From the NCBI GenBank assembly GCA_964252035.1, contig OZ176208.1: 64,000 bases of DNA. One strand, given 5' to 3'. Numbering within the stretch: the first letter of the stretch is position 1; each line of letters starts with the position of its first letter. The notes under the pieces were generated by a model. That model was not told the DNA's origin and did not search any database. It worked only from the letters and a program-made list of their open reading frames with translations. The stretch comes from Podarcis erhardii (taxonomy: Eukaryota). Both the position numbers and the translations under genes were made by a program. Shown one piece after another: positions 1 to 13,226 of this stretch.

Positions 1-1234
1 AAAATGCTTGCAATATTTTTTTTCCTTTGTAAAAATGACAAATTGCTGCAGAAATGTAGAGATTTTAATTGAAGACTGGAAAAATGAGAAACTTTAGAGA
101 ACCAAGCTGACAGATTAGTCCAACCCTATGTAGTAAGTGTGGCAAAAGTAACCTTATTCTTGATTTAAAGGCTTCATCCCATGACCCTTTCTGCTACAAA
201 ACAGCTTTAGACATGGTTACCTATATAAGGGATAGTTGGTTGGTTGTTCCCACCACGATATGATTATGGACAATCCTATCCTGGGTGGGGAAAGCTTCTG
301 TAAGACTTAGTTAAAATAACTGTAGTTGCTGCAAGTAGATTTTTGCAAAATCAAGACCTAAATCTACCTTTCCTGGGGGATTGAAAACTATTTTAGAATA
401 AGTTTCTCTCAAGTATCTTTTAGTTGGGTGAACTTTCAATTGGATGCTATGCATTATTTCACCACAATCCATTTTCAGATATGCGCCCCAGTGGAGTCCA
501 AGCAAGCACAAAAACACACACTTTTATCAGATAACTACCATGTCATTGAGAGCTATTTTATCTATATTATCACATTAAGTCTACCATAAATACAAAGACA
601 TCACATAATAAATTTAATCAGAAAAATATTTTCTAAAAGCATTTAAGTGTATTGTTTTGACATATGGTGCCAGAACAGATTCATATAAAAGTAAAAGATT
701 TGAAAGCCATATTCAGCCAGCAAAGTAAATTTACTATTTTGCTGCCAGATGAAACCTAGTGCAATTTGCAAAGGAGTATTCCACGGGAGAAGCAAATGTA
801 CCATTTTGCTTCCAGATGAAACACATTTTCAAAAAAAAAAGAGAGAGAAAGAGAAAAGAATACTGTATAATAAAGAGCCAACTTTTTGACATGGTATATT
901 ATAGGGAGTAAAAGAACTTGGCAAAGCTCCCAGACAAAAAGCAATCTACTGCATGCCACTGAATTTGCCCTTAAAAGAGTGCTTTTCCCAATTGGCGCTT
1001 AATGTTTTATCCCTTTCAATGTACTGTACAGTAAAAGGGAGAATTACAGTTCTCTTCCACAACTGTCTCCATGGAATAGTGTCAGCTTTTAAAACAGCAC
1101 ATAGACTTTGGTTCACGTCCTGCTCACCTCCAACAAGTAAGTAGTTTCATTAAAGTCATCAGTTGACAAGCTGCAATCCAGAACCCACTTACCTCAGCAT
1201 AAGTCCCATGGAACCCATTGGCACCAGGTTCTTT

Positions 1235-1595
1235 GCACCCATTTGAACCTACCCATGCCTTGAGATTGACCTCAGAGATCTTGTTTGCAAGCCCACCATC
1301 AAGACACCTTAGACTGATGTGCATGAGAGACAAGGCCTTCTTAATACTGGCCCCAGATTGTTAGAACTTCTTCCCTGAATATATATGCATGGTTCTGACT
1401 ATACAGTATTTTGCACAGATCCTGAAAACGTTTTTTTTTTATTATTTCAAACAGGTTTTTTTAGGATGTGGTACTCTGTATTTATTTAACTGGTTAATGT
1501 AACAATATTGTAACTTTTAAAAATATTTACATTTTCTTTTTAAATTTGCTGTATTGTGCTTTTGATCTAAGCAAGCTGCTTTGAGAGGGTTTTGT
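1235..1595 (+). mobile_element. Degenerate L2 LINE 3' fragment
   Basis: Decayed resemblance to the L2 ORF2 C-terminus and 3' end (gccttcttaatactggcccccagattgttagaacttcttccc...aaacaggttttt...gcaagctgctttgagag). Boundaries approximate. Confidence 0.55.
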
Positions 1596-1882
1596 CAGCA
1601 TTTTCATTCTCCCGTTGCTAGATATGGGATTGTTACATCACATGTCTGTGTCTATTTTCCAAGGCTTGGAAAGTGTGAGAATGGAAGTCAGTCTTATCTC
1701 TTCCGCTGTGTTGTACTTTTGTACTTTTTACTTTCTCTCTCTCTTTTGGAGAAGATGTGAGAGGGCGCCATGATTGCTTTGTCCTGTATATATTGCTTAA
1801 TAAATTACTTAGAATGCCACACATAAGCTCCACATCGTTTCTGCTATACTCTGATGAGTGAGTGTGCACATATCTTTGGATA

Positions 1883-2304
1883 TAATAATAATAATAAATT
1901 TTATTTATATCCCGCCCTCCCCAGCCAAAGCCGGGCTCAGGGCGGCTAACAATAATAAAATAATACAACATTCTAAAATCATTTCATTATAAAATTAATT
2001 CAAATCAAATTGATGGCAACCATTGGGCTAGAGTTCTGTGAAAGGAGGGAGTCAGGCTGTGCCCTGACCAAAGGCCTGGTGGAACAGCTCTGTCTTGCAG
2101 GCCCTGTGGAAAGATGTCAAGTCCCGCAGGGCCCTAGTCTCTTGTGACAGAGCGTTCCACCAGATCGGGGCCACAGCCAAAAAAGCCCTGGCTCTAGTTG
2201 AGGCCAGCCTAACTTCTCTGTGGCCTGGGACCTTCAAGATGTTTTTGTTTGAAGACTGTAAGTCCCTCTGTGGGACATACCAGGAGAGGTGGTCCCGTAG
2301 GTAT
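1883..2304 (-). mobile_element. 5'-truncated L2 LINE 3' end
   Basis: Minus-strand frame reads YLRDHLSWYVPQRDLQSS...REVRLASTRARAFLAVAPIWWNAL...CKTELFHQAF, typical of an L2 ORF2 C-terminus, followed by a 3' UTR and an (ATT)n tail at about 1883-1897. Confidence 0.88.
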
Positions 2305-2989
2305 ATGTGTCGCTGGTGCACACCAGGACCGAAGATTTATGAACGTCCCAGGCTGCGCTTCACAAGGAAAACGCCCAGAGAGGTTTGTCTCAATCCAGGG
2401 TCTGTGTGTGCCTCCCAGACATGTTCTGACAGGTTTTACCCTGAAAGGTGCCATATAAATATTTGAAATACCAATAAGTAAGCAAACACATTCAGAGAGA
2501 CTTACCTCCAACCAAACTTGCATAGGATTCGATTGTGTTTATGATCTCATTCATCAGAGCAGGATGTGACCCTGTATCATTATATATGGAGTTCTTGTTT
2601 CTCTGGGTTAATTTTCATTTCATTTAAGCAGCCTCTTTCTCTTTACTTGCTAATACAATTCTACTAACAACACAATCCTATGCAAATATATACATGTTTA
2701 TTCAGAAGTCAGTCCCATTGTATTCCACTTGCTCTCTTGGAAGTGTCTTTTGGATTGCAGCCCTGGTATTACCACGATTAATGTTAAATCATTTCTGCTG
2801 TGAAACAAGTAAATTTATTTGAAATGGCATAACGGCACTATGATTGCTTTTCAAAGAGTTTCCTAAACTTTAACCCACAATGGGTTTTAAAGCTAGCCAT
2901 ATTCTCTCATTAAGTTCAAGCCATTGTTACATCATTGGTCACACTAAAGCTTATCTTTTCATGCTGTTCTTCTCCTAGTGGGGAAAATC

Positions 2990-3153
2990 AGAGCTCACTG
3001 GCAGAGGACATGGTTTGCATGCAGAAAATCCCACATTCAATCCATGAACTTTCTCATTAATCCCAGGTAACCTGGGCTGAGAGGCCATTAAGAGTAGACA
3101 ATATTGAGTTAGATGGATCAGTGGTCTCACTCAGTGTAACGCTTAATCATATG
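2990..3153 (+). mobile_element. Decayed tRNA-Ala-derived squamate SINE
   Basis: gctcactggcagag...tttgcatgcagaaaatccc...ttcaatcc head and gtagacaatattgagttagatggatcagtggtctcactcag body, the same family as 26445-26612. Confidence 0.7.
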
Positions 3154-3454
3154 TACAAACTGTCAAATTGCATCATGTACACAAGACCATATATGGAACA
3201 TATTGTTTAATTAATTAAACCAGAACAGTTATCCCTACCTGCTTCCACATTCAAAGCTGCTGACAGATTAGGATCTCCATTCAATCCCTAACTATCTGCT
3301 GGAAGAATGAAGAAAATCGACTCTTTTACCACTTTTTAACTACTCTTGTAGAAGATAGAGGTGTAATTATAGCAGGTTAAGGCATAACTATTAAGAAATC
3401 CTAAGAGCCACTACTTAAGCTACTTGTTGACCATTAATCAACATCTGAGAACTA

Positions 3455-3570
3455 GACCCATCCAAGTTGTAAGTTTGAGCCCCATGTTGGGCAAAAGATT
3501 CCTTTATTGCAGGAGTTTGGGCTAGTGTTCCTTGCAACTCTACAGTTCTATGGTTCTATGATTCTATGAT
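3455..3570 (+). mobile_element. tRNA-derived SINE fragment with CR1-type (TTCTATGA)n tail
   Basis: gttgggcaaaagattcc...ttgcagg...ttctatggttctatgattctatgat tail. Confidence 0.75.
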
Positions 3571-3624
3571 CCAATGAACTGAAATAGTGGGAGATTCAGT
3601 ATGGATAAAAATAAGTACTTCTGC

Positions 3625-3885
3625 ACACCCCACATCATGAAACTGTGGTGTTTGTTACCACGAGATGTGCTTGTGACCATCGACTTGGTTGACTTTGAAA
3701 GGGGATTAGTCACATTCATGTAGGATAAGGTTATCAATAATTGCGACTCGTGGTGGTTATATGCAACCTCCAGTGCTGTCTCAGAGGCAGCATGCCTCTG
3801 AGGACCAGTTGCTGAGGAACAGCAGGAGGCCATTGCCTCGTGCTGGACTCAATCAACCTTCGGTTTGATCCAGTAGGGTCTTTTT
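3625..3885 (+). mobile_element. CR1 LINE 3' end
   Basis: gatgtgcttgtgaccatcgacttgg...aaaggggattagtcacattcatgtaggataagg...tttgatccagtaggg resembles a squamate CR1 3' UTR; a similar copy lies at 34221-34488. Confidence 0.75.
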
Positions 3886-4176
3886 ACACTATTAATACCA
3901 GTGCCAGGACTCAGCAGTGGATCAAGTCACCAGCATGGAATGTTGAAACTCATGTACCACACAGATAAAAGGAGTTCTCAGGAATCACTGAAACTGCGTT
4001 TCCTTGACAAAGATGTCAAGGTGGAAGAAAACTAAAAATCACTGATGTAAATCTCATTATTTTTTATATCTTTTGATTGATCTCAAAATAAGAAAGGTAG
4101 ACCTCATTTATAAACAAATAAAAAGAAAACTTTGGCTATCATAAGGGGAAGAAAATCTGGTCAAAATGTTAATGCC

Positions 4177-4215
4177 TTTGTTTGTTTGTTTGTTTGTTTG
4201 TTTGTTTGTTTGTTT
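4177..4215. repeat. (TTTG)n microsatellite
   Basis: Direct reading. Confidence 0.95.
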
Positions 4216-5699
4216 TGTCACTTTATCTTGCATAGGGCAACCCAAAGTGACTTGCAACCACCTTCAACTTGCAACCACCGTCAGGAGGTAGAAATCTGCT
4301 GTTGAGTGTATGCTTCCCGATCCATTATTTGGCATTTCTTTAGCATGCTCTGCCAGAAAGAGAGAATGCCATGAGGAGATACTTCTTTTTGTTGTACCTC
4401 TCCTCCAGCCAGGAATGGAAGATGCATTAACAGAGTTCAATGATGTATTCCAGCCAGGGGGGGCAGCTATTCTCCTAGATCAAGTAAAACAATAGAAATA
4501 CTTAACTAATTGACCAATCACATCTGTTCTGCCCCACCTAACAAAAGTCCTGCCCCCCCCCCCATAACAAAAATCCTGGCTATGCTCATGATTCCAGCCA
4601 GGCTAAAACAGCAAAGAACAAAGCATAGCATGGGGGGGGGGTCGTATGGCATGAATAATGTCTCAGAAACTAGATAAAGAGAGATTTGCCCCCCAAATCT
4701 GATTTTCGATTCTCTTGGTTCACAGTACCCATAATCACCACTCATGCTGATGTCCAGCAGTCAAACCCAGAGCCAAACAGTCCAGAAACCATTCAGACTG
4801 GCCAATCAGCCTAAAGTCAACTCCTTTATCTGACCAGGTGGAACCCCATTGGCCTCTTATATCACCTGACTTCTGATGAGCTGGTACCTACCATATTCTT
4901 CTGGCCACCTGAACCAAAGCAAGGTGGAGGCCAGCAGCTTCTTCATTGGCCAAGATGTATTAATAAAGTCACCTGGGTCCTGCCATGCTAGAACATGGCT
5001 CCCGCCCAGTTTGTCTGGCCCCAAAGTTATGCAAGTCACGTCATCAGCCAAGGGACCTAGCTGGGCTAATATAAAGGAAGGCACTGCTCTCCAAGGGAGA
5101 ATAACCTGACCAAACATGTCACAAATGCAATCATTGCCATACCATGAAAACAATGACAAGTCACCCCACTCAGGCAGTCAAGTTTCTGAGAGACGTTCCT
5201 GGAAAACTCGTCAGGGCTGCCTAGCCCTTGGTAAACACCAACTCACACGCACCAACTTCCCTCTGAAATCAAAGGGAAATGTTAACAGCTTTGCTTGCTC
5301 TCCAGATAGTTCCACTGTTGAAGTACTGCGAAGTGCACCAGTGGGTTCTTTTTCAGCCTCTCATTGCTCAGTTTGGGGCTTTGCCGGAGACAGAGCGCAC
5401 TTCGTTGATAGCGGTGGGGCTTGCTTTCAAGTACAAATGTGAAATCCGGGCCTCTAGTATTTAAATCCAAGCGCTTTGTTGAACTGGGTGTGGATTAAGA
5501 AGAGAGGGAGTGGGGAGATGCATGGATAGCCATCAACGTAAAACAATCAGAAGGATGGATGGGACTTCATTGATGGACCTTTCCCCTCGCCCTCCCAGTC
5601 TCAAACATATATTCGAGTTCAAGAGACTTAACTCATATGTCATTGTGGTGGATTCGATCTTGAGTTGTGTCTGTTTGTTTCCTACACAGATTTCCCTTC

Positions 5700-5870
5700 T
5701 CGTAGGGTCAGACCATTGGTCTATCGATCGCAGTATTGTCTACACTAACTGGCAGTGACTCTGCAGCGTTTCGAGCCGGAGACACTCCCAGACCTACCTG
5801 AAGATGTTGGGAGATCGAAAGCAGATGCTCGACCACTGAAACACGGACCTTAGTGACTGATGTACCCAGC
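5700..5870 (-). mobile_element. tRNA-Ala-derived SINE (internally deleted)
   Basis: Reverse complement of the family body and head: ggtcagaccattggtctatc...gtattgtctacactaactggcag...cccagacctacctgaagatg...gcagatgctcgaccactga. Confidence 0.75.
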
Positions 5871-6324
5871 TGGCTAAGGGTGTAGAGTTCATCTACATCT
5901 CCCACGAAGTTCAAACCCTTTCTGGTTCCTTTCAAGTTCGATCGCACTCCCTTTCTTGGCAGCATCTTCTCATGCATTTTCACAAAGCATCGGTTCTTTC
6001 CGTCCTCCATCCATGTTGCCTCTTTCCTTCCTTGCTTCCAAGGGGAGCCTGGGCAAAGAGGGCAAAATCCGGGCAAAATCACCAAACAATGCATTGCGCA
6101 GGTGGCGGGTGGGGAGGAAGAGAAGAAGAGGGGAAAAACAGACACTTTCTCTTATCTGTCCAAAACTTCGAAAGAGCGGGCTGGCTTGAAAAGCGCTCCC
6201 CTGTCTTCTCTTTGTAGAAACTGGAGAGGGATTAAGGGAACAAACCGGGGGGTGGGGTTGAGTAGGTAGGTTATTATACAGAAACACTGAGTCAGATGAT
6301 GATCACGAATCCATTTAGCAGGGG

Positions 6325-6430
6325 TATTGTCTGCGTTGGCTCTCCAGGTTTGCAGTATCTCCCAGTCCTACCTGATGCCCGGGATTGAATTTGGGACCTT
6401 CTGCATACAAGCCAGATGCAGAGCCACGGG
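6325..6430 (-). mobile_element. tRNA-Ala-derived SINE fragment
   Basis: cccagtcctacctgatgcccgggattgaatttgggaccttctgcatacaagccagatgc is the reverse complement of the SINE head. Confidence 0.75.
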
Positions 6431-8698
6431 CCGGAAAAATAAACCGCAGGACACAAACCTAACTGAACTGCAGACCTTCCGGCGTCAACAACGTCTTAGT
6501 CCAAGATATGGGCTGAGCCAGCTACCGCCATTCAGTGGCCAACAGATCTGAACACACTGCATGTGCCCAGAGACACATTCTCTCTACTTTCATAGACCTT
6601 GCATTTGGAACAAGCTCCGATTCTAGAGGGGGGGTGCGTCTATCCGTATCAATCCTTCTCGCACCTCTATTTTCTCTCCATCCTCATCCAACTGGACTTT
6701 TCTGGAGGCCTGTTGAAAAACCTCCCTAAATTCTTTTACCTAAGGTAATGGAAAGAAAGACCAAAAGGGGGGGGGGAGTGTTTCTGAATAATTAGGAGAA
6801 GTTGCGAATAAGGCAACTCTGTTGCTATCAAGGGTCTCTCTCCCCCCCCCCTTTCTCTCCCCGCCCTCTTCTCTCTCCCCTCTCCCAAGCAGTTGATGTG
6901 GTAATTAAGAATTTGGTGAGAGCCCCGGTCAGGTCACCTCGTTTCTCAGATCAGAAATTCTTTCAAGTGTCCTTCTGCGTCGCCAAAGATGACAACAGCA
7001 AATCAATAAGTGCTTGAAATGAAAGGGGGATGCTGCTTGGCCCCCAGGCTACAGATTTTCACACCGCCAGCCTCCCCTCTCCACCCGTCCGTCTCTCTCC
7101 CTCTCTTTCCCCCTCCCCTCCCTTTCTTCTCCTGAACTTGTAGCATTCCTTTGCTCTGTCTCGCCTCCTCTAGGAAGAGCTGGCCTTTTATGCCTCTGCT
7201 CAAGAAGGAGGTAAGTGCCTCCCCTCCCCGTTAGCCTTTCTCTATTGCCTGTGTGGCTCTCCATCCAAGGGCTGCCTTGCCTGGGAAGAGCCCGGGAGGA
7301 AGAAGCGGACGAAATGTCGAGGGCAGCGGCCAAAGAGCGCCAGTTCCCCTTTCTGCAGAAACCAGAGAACTGCTAGGCGCCACGACTAAAATAAACGCCA
7401 TACCGTCGAAAAGGCCCTCCATGCCTGCCATTGTCTTTCCTTCCTGCTTGCTTTGGGGAGGCGTCCCACCTCCCCCACCCCCCAAGTGGTTTAAAGCAGA
7501 GTGAAAATAAGTGGGGATTGCGTTCACACGGCTGCCTTCGCCCCTAATGAGTCCGGATTCAAACCGTATTTCTAACGCACCCTTCTCGCTCCTTCTACCA
7601 TCAGCTTTATTTTCCCTCTCCCTCCCCAGCCCCACAAAAATCCAATCCCCGGGACGTTTTAATGAAGTAATTCATTGCTGAGTCAATGCAGACATTTATA
7701 TATTCTTTTAGCTCAAGTGGTTAAGCGCCGGTTGCTTCGCGGTGATGATAAAACCACCGGAATACACGAGGTAGTGGGGCAGGTTTTAATTTATATGCAA
7801 ATCAATGGGTCCGTTTGGAGGGAGGGAAACTCTCTGCTCTCCCCCTCCCCCTTCACCATTTTTTGTATTGGCACGGTTGGATTCAAGATGAGCGAAGTGG
7901 AAACAAAATCTGAGGCAGGCCAAATAAAAGGGGTTGGGGGACGAATCGAGAAGCCAGCGAATCAGTAAGGTAGGAGGGGAGTTGTTCACACACTCACAAG
8001 AATATAATTGGGAAGAAATTTGAAAATAATAATGCAGGACTGATTATCACTGCTCAGCAAAGCCTTCTGAAGAGGATTAATTAGGTGTTCACCTGTTTTC
8101 AGGGCCAGCGATGGAGAAACTGGAGTCTGGACACTGGGTTATTTTTCTCGTTATTGGTGTCCCCACCCACACCCTTCCCACAAAGACTCACGAGTAAGAC
8201 ATCTCAACTAAAATGGAATAATTACCAGATGAATGGACCTCTTTCTATTATTATCCCCAATGTCAGCTCTCTCATTAGACTAGGTGGATGGGAATCATAT
8301 CTTCGTCGTCATCCAGCAAGGCTTGCCGAAAATTGTAAACGTGCTGCCTGATCTTAAGACTAATGTTTACTCATAAGTAAGTCCCCTAGAATCCATTGGA
8401 TCTGACTCTCTCTAAAACGCACTTAGGACTGCAAGATTTGCAGTACAGTCCTTAGCATGTTTTCTCGGTAAATAACCAAGCTTACTTCTTTGTAAGTGCG
8501 TTTAGGATTGCATTCCCAGGCCCGCATAACTTTCGATTGACTTTGCGCGTTCTTATGAGGAACAGGAAACTCTCTTGCCTTCTAAGATAGAACAACAACT
8601 TTTCCCAGTTCGTTCCCAAACTAAAAACTGTTTGGTACACTCGTTTTCCTGAAAGTGATTGACTTAACATAGAATTAATTTCTAGGTTAGAGATTTAG

Positions 8699-9040
8699 AC
8701 TGCAATCCTAACCCCATTTACCTGGGAGTAAGTCCCATTGAATACAGTAGGACTTACTTTTCGGTATACTTGTTAGAACTGTGCAATCCTAGGCTCCCTC
8801 ACTCAGAAGTCCTTTTAGGTTATTTTCTTATAGGTAAGAAAGTATAGGATTGCAGCCTTAGGTTGCAATGCCATAAATATGTATTTAGGGAAAGTGCCAT
8901 TGAACTTAAACAAATTTACTTCTGGCTAAACGTCCGTAAGATATGGCTGTTTGTTTTCAATCCCAATCATCATTGAAAGTCAGTCCAACTGAAATTAATT
9001 GGAATTACTTCCGAGGAAACACGGTTAGGATCAAAGTGTT
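8699..9040. mobile_element. Tandem array of about 4 palindromic 80-90 bp MITEs (Tourist/Harbinger-like, tentative)
   Basis: Repeated units with termini ctgcaatcct...aggattgcagcc and a central cccattgaa/caatggg palindrome; junction cagcc-TTA-ggttgcaat at about 8853-8869. Confidence 0.7.
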
Positions 9041-10299
9041 AGGCTCCCAGGATATGGGTGCATATTGATCCAGGAGAAATTTGCATTAACTCCAACAGGT
9101 TGTGTCTGTCCTCCAAGAAAATAATGTCCTGAATCAGATCAACAAATCACAATAAACTTTGCACCCGTTTATTTCCGAGAGCCAGGGGTGTAATTCTTAT
9201 TTAGCCTGTTTGGATTCACAACTGTAAAACCTCTGGATAAATGAGGAGCTCTTTCAATAACTGCCACAACCGATTAAAGATTGAGTTAGTCTAACTATCT
9301 GAGTTGCAACCAGACGATTAAACAAAACTGCAGTCGGGTCTCTTAATACACATGCTATTTAAAGAAACCAGCTATTTGGTTTAGCTTTGTTGTTTTTGCT
9401 AAATGAGACAGATAAACAATGAGTTGAAAATTCTGGTGAACACATTGCCTTCATCAAGAGGTGCGCCTAAGGTGGTCACAACGAAGTCTTCAGCTTCTGA
9501 AGGGAGGGGAACTCTGCCATTCAGTCAGTTCCTCGGCTAGAATCCTGCCTCTTCTCATCTCTCCATTCATGGAAATCAATGCCTAGAGGAACCTGCCTAA
9601 CTGACGACCGATGGCAGGATCGCAGGCCAGACTTGGAGGAGCCGAATCATGCTCTTCTCCATTAATCGAATGAATCTATTACTCGGCTGAGGTTTTCAGA
9701 ATGATCTAAAGTGCGGGGGGGGGGGGCGACAAAATAATATTTTTTAAAAAAAAAAAAATCTTTGCATTTGGGGAGGGAAAATGTATTGTTATCCGGCAAA
9801 GTCATTGCTTCAGACAAAGATTAAAATAAAAGGTAAACTTCTAGGAACCCAAGTAGTGAAAACTAGTCAAGCCAAATATTTTGTTTACGTCTGCCCATAT
9901 GTTTAAAGTTGCTGGTGTTGCTGTCTGGGAGGAAAACTGGAATCTAAACAGGCGAAAGGGCCTTTACCTAGCTTAGGATTCTATTTCATTTATTGAGAGA
10001 AGGAGAAAGTGTGCTGTAGGGGGAGGCGGGGAGAAGGGAGAGAGAGAAATTGAAATCCGTGTATTAAAGCAGCTCCATCGTTTCCAGACACCCTAGAACC
10101 CCTGTTCCGCGGCAGCATGTCTAATGTATTCCCCCGTGGTTCTGGGCATTAATTAGTTGTTTAATAGGAGTATGACTAAAAATGTAAAAGAAGGATTAGG
10201 AGCGTGAAACGTATGTCCAGATCCTTCCACACACTCGAGGAGGGAATGAAAATCACTCTGTATCTTATGTTTCTCTACAAGCCATTTGCATTTCCCACC

Positions 10300-10700
10300 A
10301 GCTGCTCACTTCAGCTGCACCGGCGATGGAAGTGCCCGGCTTCGAGTCGTGATCCGGGGCTGAAGCCCCCCCAGTATTGACGGCGGGGGGGGGGGGCGGA
10401 GGCGGCAGCAAGGGAGGAAGAGCGGGTCGTCGGGCAGAAGAGTGCGGAGTAGCAGCAGCAACTGCACGCTGGCTGGCTGGCTGGCCCGCACAGCTCAGAC
10501 AGACAGAGAGGGAGAGGGAGAGAGAAAGGGGTTGGGGGAGGGAGGTCTGTGGCAGATCCTAATTTAAAGTCTCTGGAACAGGCAAGTGGTGAGGAACAGG
10601 CGAGGCTCTTTGCATGTGTCTCTCTGGACGGAGGCGCGGGGGGGGGGGGGACGAGCCTCCCTCGCATTCTTCAGACGGGTTCAAAGCAACAGCAGCCACA
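10300..10700. promoter_or_regulatory. Upstream CpG island (candidate distal PITX2 promoter or enhancer)
   Basis: GC- and CpG-rich block flanked by AT-rich, homeodomain-site-rich sequence (10060-10230, 10700-10790). Confidence 0.55.
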
Positions 10701-12739
10701 ACACAGCGGATCTGTTTACCTTTGTTATTTTACCCGGTACTGTCCATACATTAATTAGGTACACGGAAGCATGAATTTATTTCAGGAGACGAAGGGGTGT
10801 CTGGAAGCTGCTGACGGCCAAACAAAAGGATTTCTGACCCCCTCCACACACATACACAAATAGAGTTTAAGGTTAACCCTGCTGAATTTATTTTCCCGCC
10901 GTGGGACGGGGGTTGTCTTGGCTTTCTTTAATGAGCTAGGAAAACTCGATTAAATGTACTGTAACCTGTTTCGCTCGTCAGTAGGATGGAAAGAAAGAGC
11001 TATTGCCTTGGACCGTTTTCGCACACTTCTATGGTGTTTTGTCTTCCTTGCTAGAAATGCGTGCCTGTCCGCCCCGTCCAACGTTACGCACATAATCTCA
11101 CACACCCAGAGATTTCCGGCGCAAAATAAGATGTGGGTAGAGCCACGATCGCCCCTTCTCCAAGTAGACCGCCTTCGCTTGACGTAGTCCCACCCTAGGA
11201 CGTTTTGCGTTGACGTTTTCACTTTTTGGCAATGTTGTAAATAAGCGGCGATGGAAGAACCGTGATTCTACCAACGCGATTATTAGCGAGTTTACAACCT
11301 ATCGTGCCCTGGTGTACTTTGAAACCTCTGATTTCAATGCGATATATTCTCAAGGAAGTGTGCCGAGGATTGTAGACAAGTTATACGAATGTGTTCATCC
11401 TCAACAAAATTAGAGGGAGAAAATTATATTAGAGCCTGATCCATACTACAGTACCAGTACTCAAAAGTAAATCACGTGTCCCTGGGACGCTTTAACGGCA
11501 GAAGCGACCAAAATGACGTCCACTTATTTGCATCACCAATTTGGTTATATTTTCCTCCACCTCCCAAGTAACGTAATGGCAATAGCAATAACGTCTAGCC
11601 TAAAACAGCTTGTTTTCTTTGTGCGTACGTAACATTTGTTTGTTTAGTATAGATTTTAGTTTTACTAATTTCTGAAATGCAGAAAATGCAATAAAATCGA
11701 ATTAAGCTGTTAATGATAGGAAACTAAAACTCCTTTTTACAATGGAAAGGCTGGTGGTTTTTTGTTTTGTTTTTTACAGTTGAACTTATTTTATTGTGAG
11801 TAATAAATACAAGTAACATTTTTAAAAACGGCAACCCAGTTTTGGCAGTGTTTGTATCTAGTGTGTGCAGTTTAACTTTTGTCAAGAATATCCGCCATCG
11901 TCTTCCATCGAGCTTTCCTAGTGTTTCTGTTTAACACATGCAAAATATTAATGAGCAAGGTAATAAATCGACATGATAAACTTTTTTGGGGGGGATAAAC
12001 ATATGCACTCTTAGTAGGGAGGAAGGTGGAGTCATCGACCTTCCCTCGGACATAAATCCTACTGAGCTCAAAAAGGCTTACTCCGGAGTCGTGAGTAGGC
12101 CACAGATCCACTCCTGCAGACGCGACTCCAAACGCTGCTGAGCTTTGAAGCATCGCATCTTCCGCCTTCCACTCCTCTCTCTCTTTCCTCCCCACCCCAC
12201 CCCCAAACGTAACCTCGTCATTTTAAAAAATGAGTTATCAGTGACCCCACGTGAACTTGATGGGTGCCCATACAGCAAAGGAAATTCTACACTTAAATGC
12301 GCATCTGGGGCTTGTACGTCGCAATCCATTCCTTTAAAAGTGGCCAGAAACTCTTCTCTTTCCCCTCCCTCAACTTTCCCAGCTGCGAACTGTAACGTGG
12401 ACATGTTTTGTTTTTTCCCCTTCCCGCTCCCTCTTTTTAGCTAGAAATGACTTTGAACTCTTGCGAGCGTCCTCGGCGGAGTGACCCGGCCTCTCTTCGC
12501 GCTGGCTCGCAGCCCCATGCAGCCGTGCATTTCCTTCCCACTTTCCTTGCGCCGCTTCCTTTCCCTTTCGGGTCTTGATCTTTACCTTCTCCTTGGCCCC
12601 TTTGTTCCTTTCACTACCAACTTTCCCTCTGGGGATCCACACACACACTCTTTCCCTTTCGCCTTGCTACGGCTCGGTCTCCTTTCGCCTCCTTGTCAAA
12701 GAAATCTTGGCCACTTGCGCGTTACAGGGCAACGTGTTT

Positions 12740-12760
12740 GGGCGGTGGGGGGGATATAAA
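12740..12760 (+). promoter_or_regulatory. Candidate PITX2a/b core promoter: GC box plus TATA box
   Basis: GGGCGG at 12740-12745 and TATAAA at 12755-12760, at the 5' side of the 12.4-14.35 kb CpG island, upstream of non-coding exon 1. Confidence 0.45.
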
Positions 12761-13191
12761 CCTTTCAAGATCTTTACATCGCTCCCCTGAAATCTTCCTG
12801 GAAAGCGCCTCTCCCACTTTCATGCACCCCCCGCGCTCCTAACGCAGCTCCTTCGCCTTTCTGCTTTCCCTTTGTGGTGGGCTGTCGGGGGTGGGGGGTT
12901 GGCTTTGTCACGTCCATATTCCTGGTTTCTCCCTCGACCCAGAGCTCTCATCTCCTTTTGTTTCTTAGGCCATCCACCACCTCGATTCCACCTAGCGCTA
13001 TTTCAGTGTCTACCTGGATTTCGGGGAATGTAGGCTAGGATCGGGGCCTTTCCTTGCACAGGGCGCTTCCACGAGGCTTACTCTCTCAAGGCAGCGCGCA
13101 GAGCATCGCCGCCTCGGTCTACTGATGGTTTGGCTCTCTGCTCTCCGCCCAGCCTTCAGGTCGATCCGTCTGTCCATCTATCCATCCTCCT

Positions 13192-13194
<3 letters not shown>

Positions 13195-13224
<30 letters not shown>
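13195..13224. repeat. (TC)n microsatellite, also acting as a polypyrimidine tract
   Basis: Direct reading; ends in CAG at 13224-13226. Confidence 0.9.

Positions 13225-13226
<2 letters not shown>

Noticed and set aside
4520-5330. CpG-poor segment resembling LTR or DNA-transposon debris
   Set aside because: No terminal repeats, PBS or coding remnant could be identified by eye; needs RepeatMasker.
6094-6109. CTCF-like GCGCAGGTGGCG near the CpG-domain edge
   Set aside because: It mismatches the conserved CC at the motif start; not supportable without PWM or ChIP data.
5708-6145. 145-aa minus-strand ORF
   Set aside because: Overlaps a SINE and unique non-coding DNA; no recognisable motif or splice support.
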